From IMG/VR virus record IMGVR_UViG_3300042292_000979: a stretch of DNA of 64,000 nt. One strand, given 5' to 3'. This DNA is from a virus. Under the pieces are notes generated by a model that saw only the letters and a list, made by a program, of their open reading frames with translations, had not been told where the DNA came from and did no database searches. The number at the start of each line of letters is the position of its first letter. Position 1 is the stretch's first letter. A program made the position numbers and the translations under genes. Shown here in pieces: positions 28,830 to 40,100 of the stretch.

Positions 28830-29012
28830 CTAAAAGGGCTCAATCTCATCTCGGTCTTCCGGAGGAGTAAGAAAGCAGAAAGGTTCTGGCTCTTCAATGT
28901 CCTGCGGCACATAACCAGTGCTCGCAAGATACTCCTCCATGTCACCGTTAGTGTAGTGGAATTCAGGTTCACAAGAAACCCAATCACCAACTTCTTCAAG
29001 GTAAACGCACAT
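28830..29012 (-). CDS. small acidic protein (likely start MCVYL)
   Basis: GGAGG RBS; strongly Asp/Glu-rich. Confidence 0.7.
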   Translation of the reverse strand: MCVYLEEVGDWVSCEPEFHYTNGDMEEYLASTGYVPQDIEEPEPFCFLTPPEDRDEIEPF

Positions 29013-29107
29013 AACGACCTCCAGTCGTAATAGGAAATGTGGCAAAGATATATTTATACAATATAAAGAGACTAGCAGTACCCCCCCAGGGGGAGGGGGG
29101 CACTAAA

Positions 29108-29224
29108 CTAGCGGTTCTTGCGTAGTTGCTGTGATGCTGCCATAGCGGCAACAATCAGAACAACAACACCAGTAACCTTTAAGTTGGTCTTGAAAACCAA
29201 CTTGTATGCTTGCCAATAAGACAT
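29108..29224 (-). CDS. 38-aa single-TM peptide
   Basis: MSYWQAYKLVFKTNLKVTGVVVLIVAAMAASQQLRKNR*; GAAAGGAG RBS. Confidence 0.7.
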   Translation of the reverse strand: MSYWQAYKLVFKTNLKVTGVVVLIVAAMAASQQLRKNR

Positions 29225-29322
29225 GGTTGTCTCCTTTCAGGAAGGGAATGTGGCATAGGTATATTTATACAATATAAAAGTGGTAAGGGTAGTCACCCGG
29301 GGGACGGGTGACCACCACTTAC

Positions 29323-29541
29323 TTAGACGAACAAGTCGTCGTGCTGATGCTGGTACGGCTTAACGCCGGTAGCATTGTCACGAAAGATGACTTCTGTCAT
29401 GACCTTGCTGTCTTGGATGTAACCCAAGACCTCAGAGATCTCGACATCAAGCGCATGACGCTTGTTTGTCAATGTGTCCAGTAGGGAGCTAAGCTCCCAG
29501 ACGGACATGTTATTAAGAGCCTTCTTACGAAAGCGTGCCAT
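29323..29541 (-). CDS. hypothetical protein
   Basis: AGGAGG RBS inside a cassette. Confidence 0.75.
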   Translation of the reverse strand: MARFRKKALNNMSVWELSSLLDTLTNKRHALDVEISEVLGYIQDSKVMTEVIFRDNATGVKPYQHQHDDLFV

Positions 29542-29690
29542 AGTGAACCTCCTAGTTCATGTTGGGAATGTGGCATTGCTATATTTATAATGATATAATA
29601 TAAATAAAGATATAAATATAATAAGTATAAGATTAGTTCGCTCAAGGTCCCCCGAAGGAGACCCTGAGCTATGGGACGAGCCTGCTATTA

Positions 29691-29888
29691 CTAGCGGCTT
29701 GCCTTGTGGCCTGCGATGAGGCCTTTCGTAGCTTCGACTGTGCCTGTCACTGTGACATAGGCGGCCTTTGCTACTGCAAATTCGGCTTTGCCTGTGAGTG
29801 TACCTGCTTGCATGCCCTTAGTGCGGCATGCTTGTAGGAACTCTGGCTTAGCTGCGTACTTGCTTGTCTTCTTTGCTTTCGTTGCCAT
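29691..29888 (-). CDS. small Lys/Ala-rich basic protein, first cassette of the array
   Basis: AGGAGG RBS; UUCG hairpin downstream at 29640-29670. Confidence 0.75.
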   Translation of the reverse strand: MATKAKKTSKYAAKPEFLQACRTKGMQAGTLTGKAEFAVAKAAYVTVTGTVEATKGLIAGHKASR

Positions 29889-30385
29889 GTCAACCTCCTA
29901 GGTTGTGTTGGGAATGTGGCATTGAGATATTTATAGGGGTATACTGTACGGGGCGTGTTAAAAATATAACACTGTACAGTATAATAATCATTACCCCTTT
30001 ATATTTTTTCCCATATTTTACTTATTTAAGAATTTATATACCCTTATATATGTTCACATATCGTTCAAGTCAAAAAATTTTCCCCCCAATAAAATCACAT
30101 ATAGAGTTTTATATGTTTATAGAGGTTACCAAAAAAAATCCAAGAAATATTCCCCTACGAGTTGCAAATGGTCTAAACACCCTGATAGGTTTCCTCTTGT
30201 CATGAACAACCAATACACAACAAGGAGAAAACATATGACAAACAAGAAAATAGGTCCCGCCAAAGACATAAGCTCTGAAGGTTTCCACGATATGTCTGAT
30301 ATAGATGATATCTATCAATCAGCCTTCAGCTCCTATGGATCTAAGAATGCTGATTACGACTACGTAAACTTCGACACAGATAACT

Positions 30386-31069
30386 ATGCCTACGAAGCTT
30401 ACTAAGAACACCTCTTTACACCCTAACAATGCCAAACATATAAAAGGATTTGATATGAATATTAATGAAATGACAGAATTTAAGTCAACAACAACAATAA
30501 ACCAGCACTTCTTATTAGGATCAGAGAAGTTATTTATAAATCCAATCAATAATTTCAGTAATCAGTTCAAGTATGATCACTCAATTACCCTTATCGACAC
30601 ACATGACAGAAACAATCTGTCTGAAGCAGAGAAAAAAGCTAAAGTTAAGCAGTATCATAGGAACTTAGCCATACATTGGGAGATTAATTACCAATCAAGA
30701 GTATTCATTGGAACTGGACAAGATTGTCTATACCTATTTGATCTCTATACTAACCATGGGATCGTCTTTGATGCGGCGATTTTGATCAACTTTGATTTTA
30801 GCGCCTTCACAGACAATGAAGTTATTCTAAAAGGCATTAAAAAACATACAAAGATATATAATTTCTATAATAATAAGAAATTCACTGATACCAAGTTAGC
30901 CCACGTGAATCAATTCATCCCAACAAGGGTGTCTCCAGCTTTCAGTAAGCGTTTTGCACTTGAAGCAAGTGGTGTACTTACCTATGACACATATGAACTG
31001 TTATACATGAATCGAAAATCACCAAGTGAATACAAAATGATTGAAGATGAGTTTACTTTAGTAAGCTAA
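30386..31069 (+). CDS. hypothetical protein
   Basis: 227-aa ORF. Confidence 0.65.
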   Translation: MPTKLTKNTSLHPNNAKHIKGFDMNINEMTEFKSTTTINQHFLLGSEKLFINPINNFSNQFKYDHSITLIDTHDRNNLSEAEKKAKVKQYHRNLAIHWEINYQSRVFIGTGQDCLYLFDLYTNHGIVFDAAILINFDFSAFTDNEVILKGIKKHTKIYNFYNNKKFTDTKLAHVNQFIPTRVSPAFSKRFALEASGVLTYDTYELLYMNRKSPSEYKMIEDEFTLVS

Positions 31070-31071
31070 TC

Positions 31072-31392
31072 TTACAAGAGGTTATCTAAGCCGTCTTCTG
31101 GGTTCCAGTCTTCGGCTGAGATAATCATTTGTTTAACATCATCAGGAGTGAGTCCTCTTACAATGGCTTCTGCGTCAGTTCCCATCACCTCAGCAGTCTC
31201 TAGTACCATTTCCCACTGTTCTGGCTTAAAGAAACTAATCGTTAGCTTACTCTCATCATCTTCTGCGTGAGCTGTAATAACATAGTTATACATCTCTATC
31301 ATATCTGGATCATATTCCATGAGCTGATCCATTGTCTCTGGTTCAACATCATCACCACGTACTATCTTTTGAATCATCTCCCAAAAGTTCAT
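31072..31392 (-). CDS. acidic hypothetical protein
   Basis: AAGGGG RBS. Confidence 0.7.
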   Translation of the reverse strand: MNFWEMIQKIVRGDDVEPETMDQLMEYDPDMIEMYNYVITAHAEDDESKLTISFFKPEQWEMVLETAEVMGTDAEAIVRGLTPDDVKQMIISAEDWNPEDGLDNLL

Positions 31393-31718
31393 GGTATCCC
31401 CTTACTCTTACCTATCATAGATAGTACCCTTATTTTACTATGTAAAGCTATCTAATTTGTTAAAAAATAAAAAATAATTTTGCGCGGAACGGCTGGAGGT
31501 TAGTATTGACTGCGTTCTATACGATTCTTAAATGACTTAGTATATTAATGAAATCATCATGATCTTTTGAACCTTGAACATGAATATCAGTTTGATCTAA
31601 CTGATGATTATTAAGAATATTCTCATGTTTAATATCTAAGGTATTAACCGTAGTGAAATCATCATGATTAAACAAACGCCAGTCATCACCGTTGTAGTAA
31701 TTCTCTATATCTTTAAAA

Positions 31719-31886
31719 TTAATATCCATCTTGTGTGTTTACTTCCTCGATCCAGCTGTCGTTGCATTCTCTGCAATGTACAGCATATTTTTCTTTAACT
31801 CCATTTACGGTTAATGTGTTAACTGTAAAGTTTGTTGGGTATGGGCATTCGATACACGGCTCAATCTTGGGAAGGTTTGCTCTCAT
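31719..31886 (-). CDS. small Zn-ribbon protein
   Basis: MRANLPKIEPCIECP...VHCRECNDSWIE. Confidence 0.65.
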   Translation of the reverse strand: MRANLPKIEPCIECPYPTNFTVNTLTVNGVKEKYAVHCRECNDSWIEEVNTQDGY

Positions 31887-32853
31887 TTTCTACCCTCAAT
31901 TTAAGTTGTTCGAATAATTTCTCATCATCTTTTAGTTTACCAATTGCATTTTCTCTACCTTGAGCAAAGTTTTCTCCGTCTAAGAAGATCCATGCGCCTT
32001 TTTGAGTAAATATACCAATTGATAATGCTAGATCTAAGATAGATCCGTACTGATCAACACCTTTTCCATAAAAAATATCAAATTCAGCAATTTTTAGAGG
32101 TGGGGCCATCTTATTCTTAATAACTTTAGCCTTGACCTTAATGCCTATTGAATCGCCTTCTTTGTTCTTAATATCTTCTTTCTTACGAAGATCAATTCTA
32201 ACTGAGGCAGCATATGGTAATGCACGCCCGCCTGGTGTTGTTTCTGGATTTCCAAACATCACACCAATCTTCATTCTAATCTGATTAATAAAAACAATGA
32301 GTGTTTTATTGTCATTAGCTAGTGCAGTAATCTTACGCAATGCTTTTGCCATCATTCGAGCTTGTAAGCCCATTTGATTTGCGTCCATTTCGCCTTCTAG
32401 TTCTGCTTTTGGAACTAATGCAGCAACTGAGTCAACAATTATTAAACCAACGTCTCCAGTTTTCACTAATTTATCAACGATTTCCAATGCTTCTTCACCA
32501 TAATTTGGTTGAGCAAGAAGTAAATCATCTAAATTAATACCCAAATCCATCATATAAGCTGGATCTAATGCATGTTCTGCATCAATATATGCGCAACGTA
32601 AACCCATTTTCTGAGCTTGTGCAACTAAAGATAATGAGATTGTAGATTTACCAGATGATTCTGGTCCGTATATCTCGACAATTCTACCTCTTGGTAAACC
32701 ACCAATTCCTAAAATCTTATCTAAAGTTGGTGCACCTGTTGATATTGCTGGCCAAGTTTGGGTTTTAGCATTACCAAGTTTCATTACTGTACCGACACCG
32801 AATTGCTTATCGAGCAAAGCGATTGCCATGTCTAACGCTTTTGATTCTTCCAT
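31861..32853 (-). CDS. recA: RecA recombinase
   Basis: GGLPRGRIVEIYGPESSGKST, IDAEHALD, VDSVAAL, FINQIR, GNPETTPGG. Confidence 0.98.
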   Translation of the reverse strand: MEESKALDMAIALLDKQFGVGTVMKLGNAKTQTWPAISTGAPTLDKILGIGGLPRGRIVEIYGPESSGKSTISLSLVAQAQKMGLRCAYIDAEHALDPAYMMDLGINLDDLLLAQPNYGEEALEIVDKLVKTGDVGLIIVDSVAALVPKAELEGEMDANQMGLQARMMAKALRKITALANDNKTLIVFINQIRMKIGVMFGNPETTPGGRALPYAASVRIDLRKKEDIKNKEGDSIGIKVKAKVIKNKMAPPLKIAEFDIFYGKGVDQYGSILDLALSIGIFTQKGAWIFLDGENFAQGRENAIGKLKDDEKLFEQLKLRVENESKPSQD

Positions 32854-33465
32854 ATGTGTATTATACCATAGTTTCTTTTAGTGGTTTTCTCAAAATTGAT
32901 TCAACTTCTTTAATTTTTTCAACCAAAGCTTTTTGCAATTTTCTGTATTCAATTCTTGATTCATTATCTAATCCAAGCTGTGCTTGTCTTACTCTTTCGA
33001 GAGTTGCATATAGCTTGAGTAAATAACTTTGATCGACAATGTTCATAAATGCGTTTCCGTCTCTAGTTGCTGATATAATTGGACAGTACATTATACAGAC
33101 GTTAAGCATTGAAAGTGAGACATTGTGGCAAGAAATATTGATACAGATAATGATTACAGAAGAGCAGCATATCTCTTGAAAGAAAAAATTACTACAGCAG
33201 CGGACTTAGTAAAAATATGGTCTTATGCTGGACCTTGTTCAGAGAATTGTCCGTCAATAGAAAAAATCTCAAAAAAGTAGAAAAATTTCTTGATTTTTTT
33301 TGACAAACATGAGTATAATGTCTCTAAGGGGAAAACAGAAACTAGAGAACATTATTATCTACTTCTCTTAGTGAAGAGAATCTCTTACCAGTTCCTCCAG
33401 AAACTTGCTAGACAAAGCATAAGTGGGTTACTATATATTCCATCACCATACATTAAATTAAGGGG

Positions 33466-34894
33466 GTGATGATGAAAGTTTATCAAATATATGTTCCTGA
33501 GTTAGCAACTTATATAAAATATAAGGTTTTGAATCCAGAAGACATTGAATCATTAGTTGAAGAACTAGATATTAATTCTCCTAAGGACTTCAAACTTGCC
33601 GTATTAGAACACGTAATATATAATGTTAAATCAGACGTCACTGATGCACTCCGTCAGATGTCTCGAGACTCAGCAGAACGATGCATCGATGCAATGTATA
33701 ACGGCTGCGTAATGCTTAACCCCCGGATTAGATATAGATCTTTGGATAGACTTAGCTTATGCTAAATTGCCGCCATCCAACTCTTTTGATAAAGACTTCT
33801 CTGCTATAGAATCTGAGTTAGCTAAAAGATATAAAGATACTATCTTAAGTAAAGATTCAAAGAAAAATAATTCTAGTAAACATAAAAAGATTTCTAGACA
33901 AAAGTTTCTTGGTTTAGAAGGTCATTTATTAAATAACATTATAGGCCAAGAAGAAGCTGTAGACTCAGTAGTATCAGCTTTAAAAAGATCTCAAGTTGGT
34001 TTAAATGATAAGAATAGACCTCTAGGTATTTTTCTCTTTGCCGGTTCTTCTGGAGTTGGCAAAACTCACCTAGCAAGCACATTGCATAAATATCTTTTTA
34101 GTGAAGAATATCCAATGGTGAGAATAGATTGTGGAGAGTTTCAACACAAGCATGAAAACCAAAAATTAATAGGATCCCCTCCTGGATATGTTGGTCACGA
34201 TGAAGGTGGTCAACTAGTAAACCTTGTTAAGAAAAATCCTTACACAGTTGTGCTGTTAGACGAAGTTGAAAAAGCTCATGCTGATATGTGGAACACATTT
34301 CTTCGAGTATTTGAAGATGGTGTACTTACAGACGGTAAGGGTGAAGAAGTAAGCTTTCTTAACACGGTTATAATAATGACCACTAATTTAGGTAACGAAA
34401 AAACAGTTGATTACCTACTTAGTGGTGGAACTGGCTTTGCTAAAAATATAAATTATAAAACGTCAACTACTCAAATGCCGGCAAAAGAGATGGTTGAAAA
34501 AAATACTTTAGATGCAGTTCGTAAACACTTTAGGCCTGAATTCATAAATAGATTAGATAAAATAATTGTTTTTAATCATTTAGATAGAAGTAGTTTAGAA
34601 AAAATAGCAGAACTAGAAATGTCTATAATTATGGATAAACTTTCTAAAAAAGGCTACAGTATAAATTACACAGATGAAGTTATATCAGCACTTTTAGATA
34701 AGGGCGTAGACAGCGTAAAAGGTGCTAGAGGTTTAGCTCAGGTTCGTAGAGAAAAAATGGAAGATCAATTAGCTGACATTTTAATTAAGTCAGCTCCACC
34801 ACGTGGAACCATATTTGAGATATCTTACAAAGATGAAAGTGATAATTTTATATTTAGATTAAAGAAGCCTTCAAAAGCAGCAACTACCGCTTAG
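33466..34894 (+). CDS. Clp/Hsp100-type AAA+ ATPase (single D2-like module); +1 frameshift at CGG 33724
   Basis: IIGQEEAV, GSSGVGKT, LIGSPPGYVG, LLDEVEKAH, FRPEFINRLD, GARGL; the upstream ORF joins via AAC CCC [C] GGA TTA. Confidence 0.9.
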
Positions 34895-34937
34895 TTTAAT
34901 TACTATATAAGTATGTCTAAGTAAAAAGGGGATCCTT

Positions 34938-35222
34938 ATGGGAATGTCTTCAGCAGTTACTGGTTTAATTCCTAAATCAGTTTCCGGAAGAATGATGTCA
35001 GCTGGTTCAGCTATGGCTACCGGAGTAATTAAAGCAGGAGCTAGAGTAGGACGTGGTGCAGCAGCTGGTTCAATGGCTGATCGAATCGGAAACAGAGGAT
35101 TAATAAGAGCTGGCGGAATGATGGCAAGACATCCGATGAGAACTTCCGCAGGGGCTATAGGTGCAGCTGGTGGTATTGCGGCTAATCGTCGTAGAGGTAG
35201 CCAAAACTACCCAATGTACTAA
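34938..35222 (+). CDS. small Gly/Ala/Arg/Met-rich virion-type protein
   Basis: RBS; ends RRGSQNYPMY, like the next gene. Confidence 0.75.
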   Translation: MGMSSAVTGLIPKSVSGRMMSAGSAMATGVIKAGARVGRGAAAGSMADRIGNRGLIRAGGMMARHPMRTSAGAIGAAGGIAANRRRGSQNYPMY

Positions 35223-35234
35223 GGGGGTTATAAT

Positions 35235-35544
35235 ATGTTTCCTCGCTTATCTGGAATGTCAGCTGGAGCACGCGGTCTTGCGGGAAAAGCTAGAAGCACA
35301 GGTGGAAGAGCAGCAATGGGCGTACATAAAGGCCTTGCTGGCGGTGGAGCTTTTATGGGCCGGAGTGTCATCTACTGCTCATTCTTCTTTTACTAGAAAA
35401 ACTGCAGGAGCAATTGGTAGTGGTCTAACAATGGCTTCTAGACATCCGAAGACAGTAATGGGTGCAGCTGCAGGTGGAATTGGTTACGCCGGCTATAGAA
35501 ATAGAAGAGGTAGTCAAAATAATCCACTGATTGGATTAGAATAA
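35235..35544 (+). CDS. small Gly/Ala/Arg-rich protein; +1 frameshift at CGG 35361
   Basis: AAGGGGG RBS, ATG at 35235; GGC [C] GGA GTG joins to the frame ending RRGSQNNPLIGLE. Confidence 0.8.
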
Positions 35545-35548
35545 TTTA

Positions 35549-35752
35549 ATGTTAGCTGGAGCAAGACGTTTAGCTGGCGGTGCTGGAAGGATAGTAAGTG
35601 GCGCAAGAATGCCCAGCACTAGAAGGGGGAAATTTGCCCTTGGTGCTGGCATAGGAATGGGTGGAATGTACGCCGCTGGAAGAATGGGAGGAAGATCTTC
35701 TGGTGCTAACGGCATTTCCCCTAAGTCAAGTGGTGGAATGACAGGAATGTAA
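35549..35752 (+). CDS. small Gly/Arg/Met-rich protein
   Basis: Contains GKFALGAG, also present near the C-terminus of the 1.3-kaa protein. Confidence 0.7.
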   Translation: MLAGARRLAGGAGRIVSGARMPSTRRGKFALGAGIGMGGMYAAGRMGGRSSGANGISPKSSGGMTGM

Positions 35753-35789
35753 TATAAAGTGATATAATGTTATATGTCTAAATGTAAGG

Positions 35790-36230
35790 ATGTTTAAAAT
35801 GAGTGACTGGAAGAATTTTATTAATATAAACGGTGATTTTGAATTGCCAAATTTTTTGTATCGAACAATAAATGATTTAATGAAACAAGCTTTAGATATG
35901 GGCACACTTCTTTCAGATGACCCTTATAAGCTAAGAGCTTATAAAGAACAAACAAAAAAACTATTTAAAAATAAATGGTATGATTTAGCTCAAGCTTTAG
36001 AATTTTTTGAGATAATAGAACAGTGCCCATGTGCATCGGCAAGATTAGAAGTAAATGGCGGCAAGGATGTTTATTGTGATATATGTAAAGGTGCTAGATT
36101 TATTATCAGCTCTGCACTTACTCCTGACCAAATGCGTGAAGTTAGTACTTTTGTTAATGCGGCACAAAATGTGGAAGTAGCAGAAAAATTACAAAAAAGT
36201 TTAATGAAAATTCTTTCGGAACACAGATGA
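35790..36230 (+). CDS. hypothetical protein with Zn site
   Basis: CPC...CDICKG. Confidence 0.75.
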   Translation: MFKMSDWKNFININGDFELPNFLYRTINDLMKQALDMGTLLSDDPYKLRAYKEQTKKLFKNKWYDLAQALEFFEIIEQCPCASARLEVNGGKDVYCDICKGARFIISSALTPDQMREVSTFVNAAQNVEVAEKLQKSLMKILSEHR

Positions 36231-36404
36231 AATGTGGTAGATGTAACTATGATCTAAATTTTGTTTATGAAGATATAGTTCAGGCTGAACAAGTTTTACA
36301 TATTCAAGAATACTATTGCCCCCGGATGCAAGAGCTGTTTAATAGAAACGTACGCTCAAGAAGGTATTGTTAAATCTGAATGGATTGATTTTAATGGAAA
36401 ATAA
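36227..36404 (+). CDS. Zn-ribbon protein; +1 frameshift at CGG 36323
   Basis: MKCGRC...YYCP[C]GCK; the second CxxC is completed only by the +1 shift. Start and stop overlap both neighbours. Confidence 0.8.
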
Positions 36405-37113
36405 TATAGAAAGATTTGAAGATAAAAATTCTTTTATGGATAAGTTTGAATCACTTCGTCCTGATTTATTTTTTCCAGATGAATGGACAGATGAACAAAG
36501 AGAAAAAGCTGTTGATTTAGTTCGTCCACAAAAAACAAGAACATCAATGTTCTCTTCAATTCCAATGAGATGTGAAGCATCACGTTGCATTTTTGCTGAA
36601 ACTTGTCCACTTCATCAACAAAATTTAGCACCAAAGGGAAAACCTTGTCCAATAGAAATGGGAATGGTTTCTCAGTTTACTGGTGAATATATGGAACAAC
36701 TAGACGTAAGTCCAAATAACTTAGTTGAAGTTTCAATGGTAAGAGATTTAGTTGATCAAGAAGTTCAATACTTGCGTAAAACAAAACTATTAGCTAAAGA
36801 ACATTTTATTCAAGAGAATATTATTGGTATAGATAAAGATGGTGAGCCAATTCTTAAAAAGGAATTACACTTAGCAGTAGAGCTTGAAGACAGATTACAT
36901 AAAAGAAGAAAAGATTTACGTAATCAATTACTAGCAACTAGAGAAGCTAGGGCAAAGACTGGTCAAACTCAACTTGATACAGCTCAGGCAATTTCTGACA
37001 TCATTCAAAAAGTACAAAAGATTGAAATAGAGAATAATAAACTTATTCGCAAAAAACTTGGTACATACGAAATAGATGATTATATAGAAGCTAGTACTAA
37101 AGAATTAGAATAA
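36394..37113 (+). CDS. hypothetical protein, possible terminase small subunit
   Basis: Cys cluster plus helical C-terminus (...LLATREARAK); located upstream of TerL. Confidence 0.55.
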   Translation: MENNIERFEDKNSFMDKFESLRPDLFFPDEWTDEQREKAVDLVRPQKTRTSMFSSIPMRCEASRCIFAETCPLHQQNLAPKGKPCPIEMGMVSQFTGEYMEQLDVSPNNLVEVSMVRDLVDQEVQYLRKTKLLAKEHFIQENIIGIDKDGEPILKKELHLAVELEDRLHKRRKDLRNQLLATREARAKTGQTQLDTAQAISDIIQKVQKIEIENNKLIRKKLGTYEIDDYIEASTKELE

Positions 37114-37117
37114 CAGA

Positions 37118-40100
37118 ATGAAAAATCATAGGTTAACTAATACTCAATTAGAAAATTTGGGCACAAGAGTAAAAATTGGCTCAAAAGGGATAAATCCAAT
37201 TCCTCAATCTTTACCTATAACAAATCAAACAATTGAAACAATGTTACGGAAATGAAACAGTTCTTGGTGAAACTTTTACAGTTGGATCTCCAAGAGGGTA
37301 TTTAGAAAGAGCAAAAGCTGTTACAGACGAATATTTAAAAGCAATGTTAGATCCAAAAAATAGAAGCGCATCCGGTAACGCTAGGTTTAGGGGCTTAACA
37401 GAACAAGGCCTAAGAGATAACATAGAGTTTCTTGTTCAATCAGAAAATTTAGATTTATCTTTATTGAATAAATCAGCAGCTGATAGTGTATATGCTCAAT
37501 ATAGAAGTTCAGCACTTTCACTAGATCAGACATTTACTGAGCTAGGCATGCCGGCAATGTCACTTCCTTCGGAAAGTCCATATAGACACTTTCTAAGATA
37601 TATAGTTGATCCATTTGGTAGTGGTGATCCAAAAAATGGAATTCATCCAATGACACTTAATCTAATGAGAACATCATATAACCCAACACACGACGCAACA
37701 AGTCTTGAAGATTTTGCAACTGGTAGAAATAGAATGAGATCTCCATTTTCTTTGGAAAGACTTCATGAAAGAAGTAAAAAATTTTTTCCAGAAGGATTAC
37801 CTACATCATACGCAGATTCAGTTGCATCAAATAAACCAATGAATCATTTAGCTTTTGATAAAGGAAAAACATATACAGTTTTAACATGGGACACTGAAAC
37901 AACAGGACTAACTTCAGAATCTCAGATAAGAGAAATAGCGTTAGTTAAAAGAACCGTTACATACAATGCTGATGGAACAATGACCAGTAGTGTACCGGAA
38001 ATATTAACTAATAAAAGTTTTTCTTCTGACTTAATGGATATAGCTGGATATTTTGATAAATCAACTGGAAATACAGTTCCGCTATCAAGAGCAGCATTTC
38101 TTTCAGAAAGAGGCGGAATTGCAAACGTGTCCGCAGAAGAATTGGCTAAGTTTGAAGGAGCATTTAAAGACGGCGGTGCTGGAGCTGTTGAAAGTTTAAA
38201 GGATGTTTTAAGGTTATTTACAAATGAAGGCGATGTTTTAAAAACTGGTCTAGGTATAGAAAACTTAAGGATAGAAGGACACAATGCTGAAGCCTTTGAC
38301 TTAGATAAACTTATAGGAACTTTACAAAGACTTCCTGCTTTTCAAGAAGATGATGAAGCAAAAGGATTATTAAAAAAATTCTTACAGTTAAGGTCATCTA
38401 AAGCTGATTACATGCTAGATACATTAGATAGTGCAAAAATAGCTATTGGAATGCAGCAGTCTGAATTAGATAGAATAATGATAAATAGTGGATTAGAATT
38501 ATCTAAAGATTTGCGACGTGGATTATTGTCTTCTTTTAGTATTTCTCCAGAAATGTTTGGCGGAGCAAAAGGTACTGAATCATTAGAAAATCTTTTTCTA
38601 AATACTAACTTTTTTGAACTATTAGAAGATAGAGCTGGAAAAGAAGGAATAGATACTTTAACTGGTTTAATGGAAACTCGCGGTACTCACACCGCAGAAG
38701 TTGACACTATGCTTAACGCATACATTAGTGATTTTATTAACAATAATGAACTTAGAATTAGAAGACTGCCCACTGCCGGAATGCCGCCAGCTGGATTAAG
38801 TGCAGAAGCAGCTGATGAATATACAAGGAATAGCGAAAAGCTTGAAGAGTTATTTAAAACACATGGTTTTATGAAAAAAGATAGATCAATGACTGCTTTT
38901 GAAAAATTCATGAGACAAAGAATTAGAAGAAGTAGCGCTGTAACTCCAATAACAAATATATCAGATATGAGTAGAATATCTGATGATGTTTTCCAATTTC
39001 TTAATACAGAATCTGGAATGCAAAAAATATCAATGTCTGTTAATCCTGATTATTTAGCAAGATTAGAGAGTCAAGGAATTAATCTTGGTATTAAAGCTGA
39101 AAACCTATCAGTACCTGGTGCTCCATCAAATGTTATGGATGAAGCTTCTGCCGGAAGAATTTATTTTGATTCTGAACGTGGTAAATATGTGTTTTCAAAT
39201 TTTGAATCTAGAGGAGTTGCAGGAGCAGGAGTAGGATTTCAAGAACTTGATAACGGCGCCGTTGAATCAGCATTTAATTTTGCATTAAAAGAAGCTAAGC
39301 AAGGAAAAGCTTTATCAGAAAGAATAAATATTGGTGCTGGTGGATCAATTGGGGTAAATCCAAGTACGGAGGCTTTATCTAATATTGGGATAACTGAGAT
39401 AGAGGCAACTGAGCTTGACCAAATGATGAGAGCTAGAAGAGGGCTTGGTTCACTGGGAACGCCAAGATCTTTGCCGACTGATGTAACTGGTTTATCTGAA
39501 GCATTGGGGACTACATCAGAAAAATATGGATTAAGAGCTGGCGGTTTTGCTCCAGCGGTTGTTGGTGAAAAAACCGCTGAATACTCACAGGCTTTAATAG
39601 ATAGAGGGCTACCTTACGCTACTTACGATGTTAGAAGTAGGATAATGGCAGCAGCAGAAGCTAAAGCTACTTCAGGAATAGGTCAAACTTTAATAGAAAG
39701 AATGTCAGCAGCAGGAGATTCAACGTTTGCCGCATTAGCAGGTAAAGATATAAGTAAGTTATCCGATATTGGAATACAATTTACAATGGGTCAGGGTAAA
39801 GAAAGTATTTTTGGATTAAAGAGTAGATCAAAAGCTGGAGCTATTTTTGATATAACTGAAAATTCATATTTTAGAACACCAGTTACCAATACTTCAAAAC
39901 AAGCAAGTCGAGTTATAGTTAATGCAGACGATCTTTCAGAACTTATGATACGAGAATTTGATAAAAGTGGTAATGTAACTGGTGAAATTAAATTTGGAAG
40001 TCAAGAATTTATAGAAAATGCAAATTTAAATAGATTTATAGATTCAACTGTTCAGGCAACAGATGCAGAATTAGGAGCTACAATTAACAGAGCCTTTGCT

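Larger units (their letters stand above)
26855..29935 (-). repeat. array of 12 dispersed promoter-like repeats (TATA-N3/4-TATAAATAtatc-N2-TGCCACATT) heading mini-gene cassettes
   Basis: Plus-strand TATTTATA at 26855, 27327, 27609, 27893, 28164, 28466, 28656, 28795, 29051, 29262, 29582 and 29928, most followed (on minus) by an RBS, a short ORF and a hairpin. Confidence 0.9.

Noticed and set aside
26855-29935. CRISPR array or integron cassette array
   Set aside because: Repeats are degenerate and promoter-like, spacers are variable-length ORFs, and there is no attC structure, integrase or cas gene.
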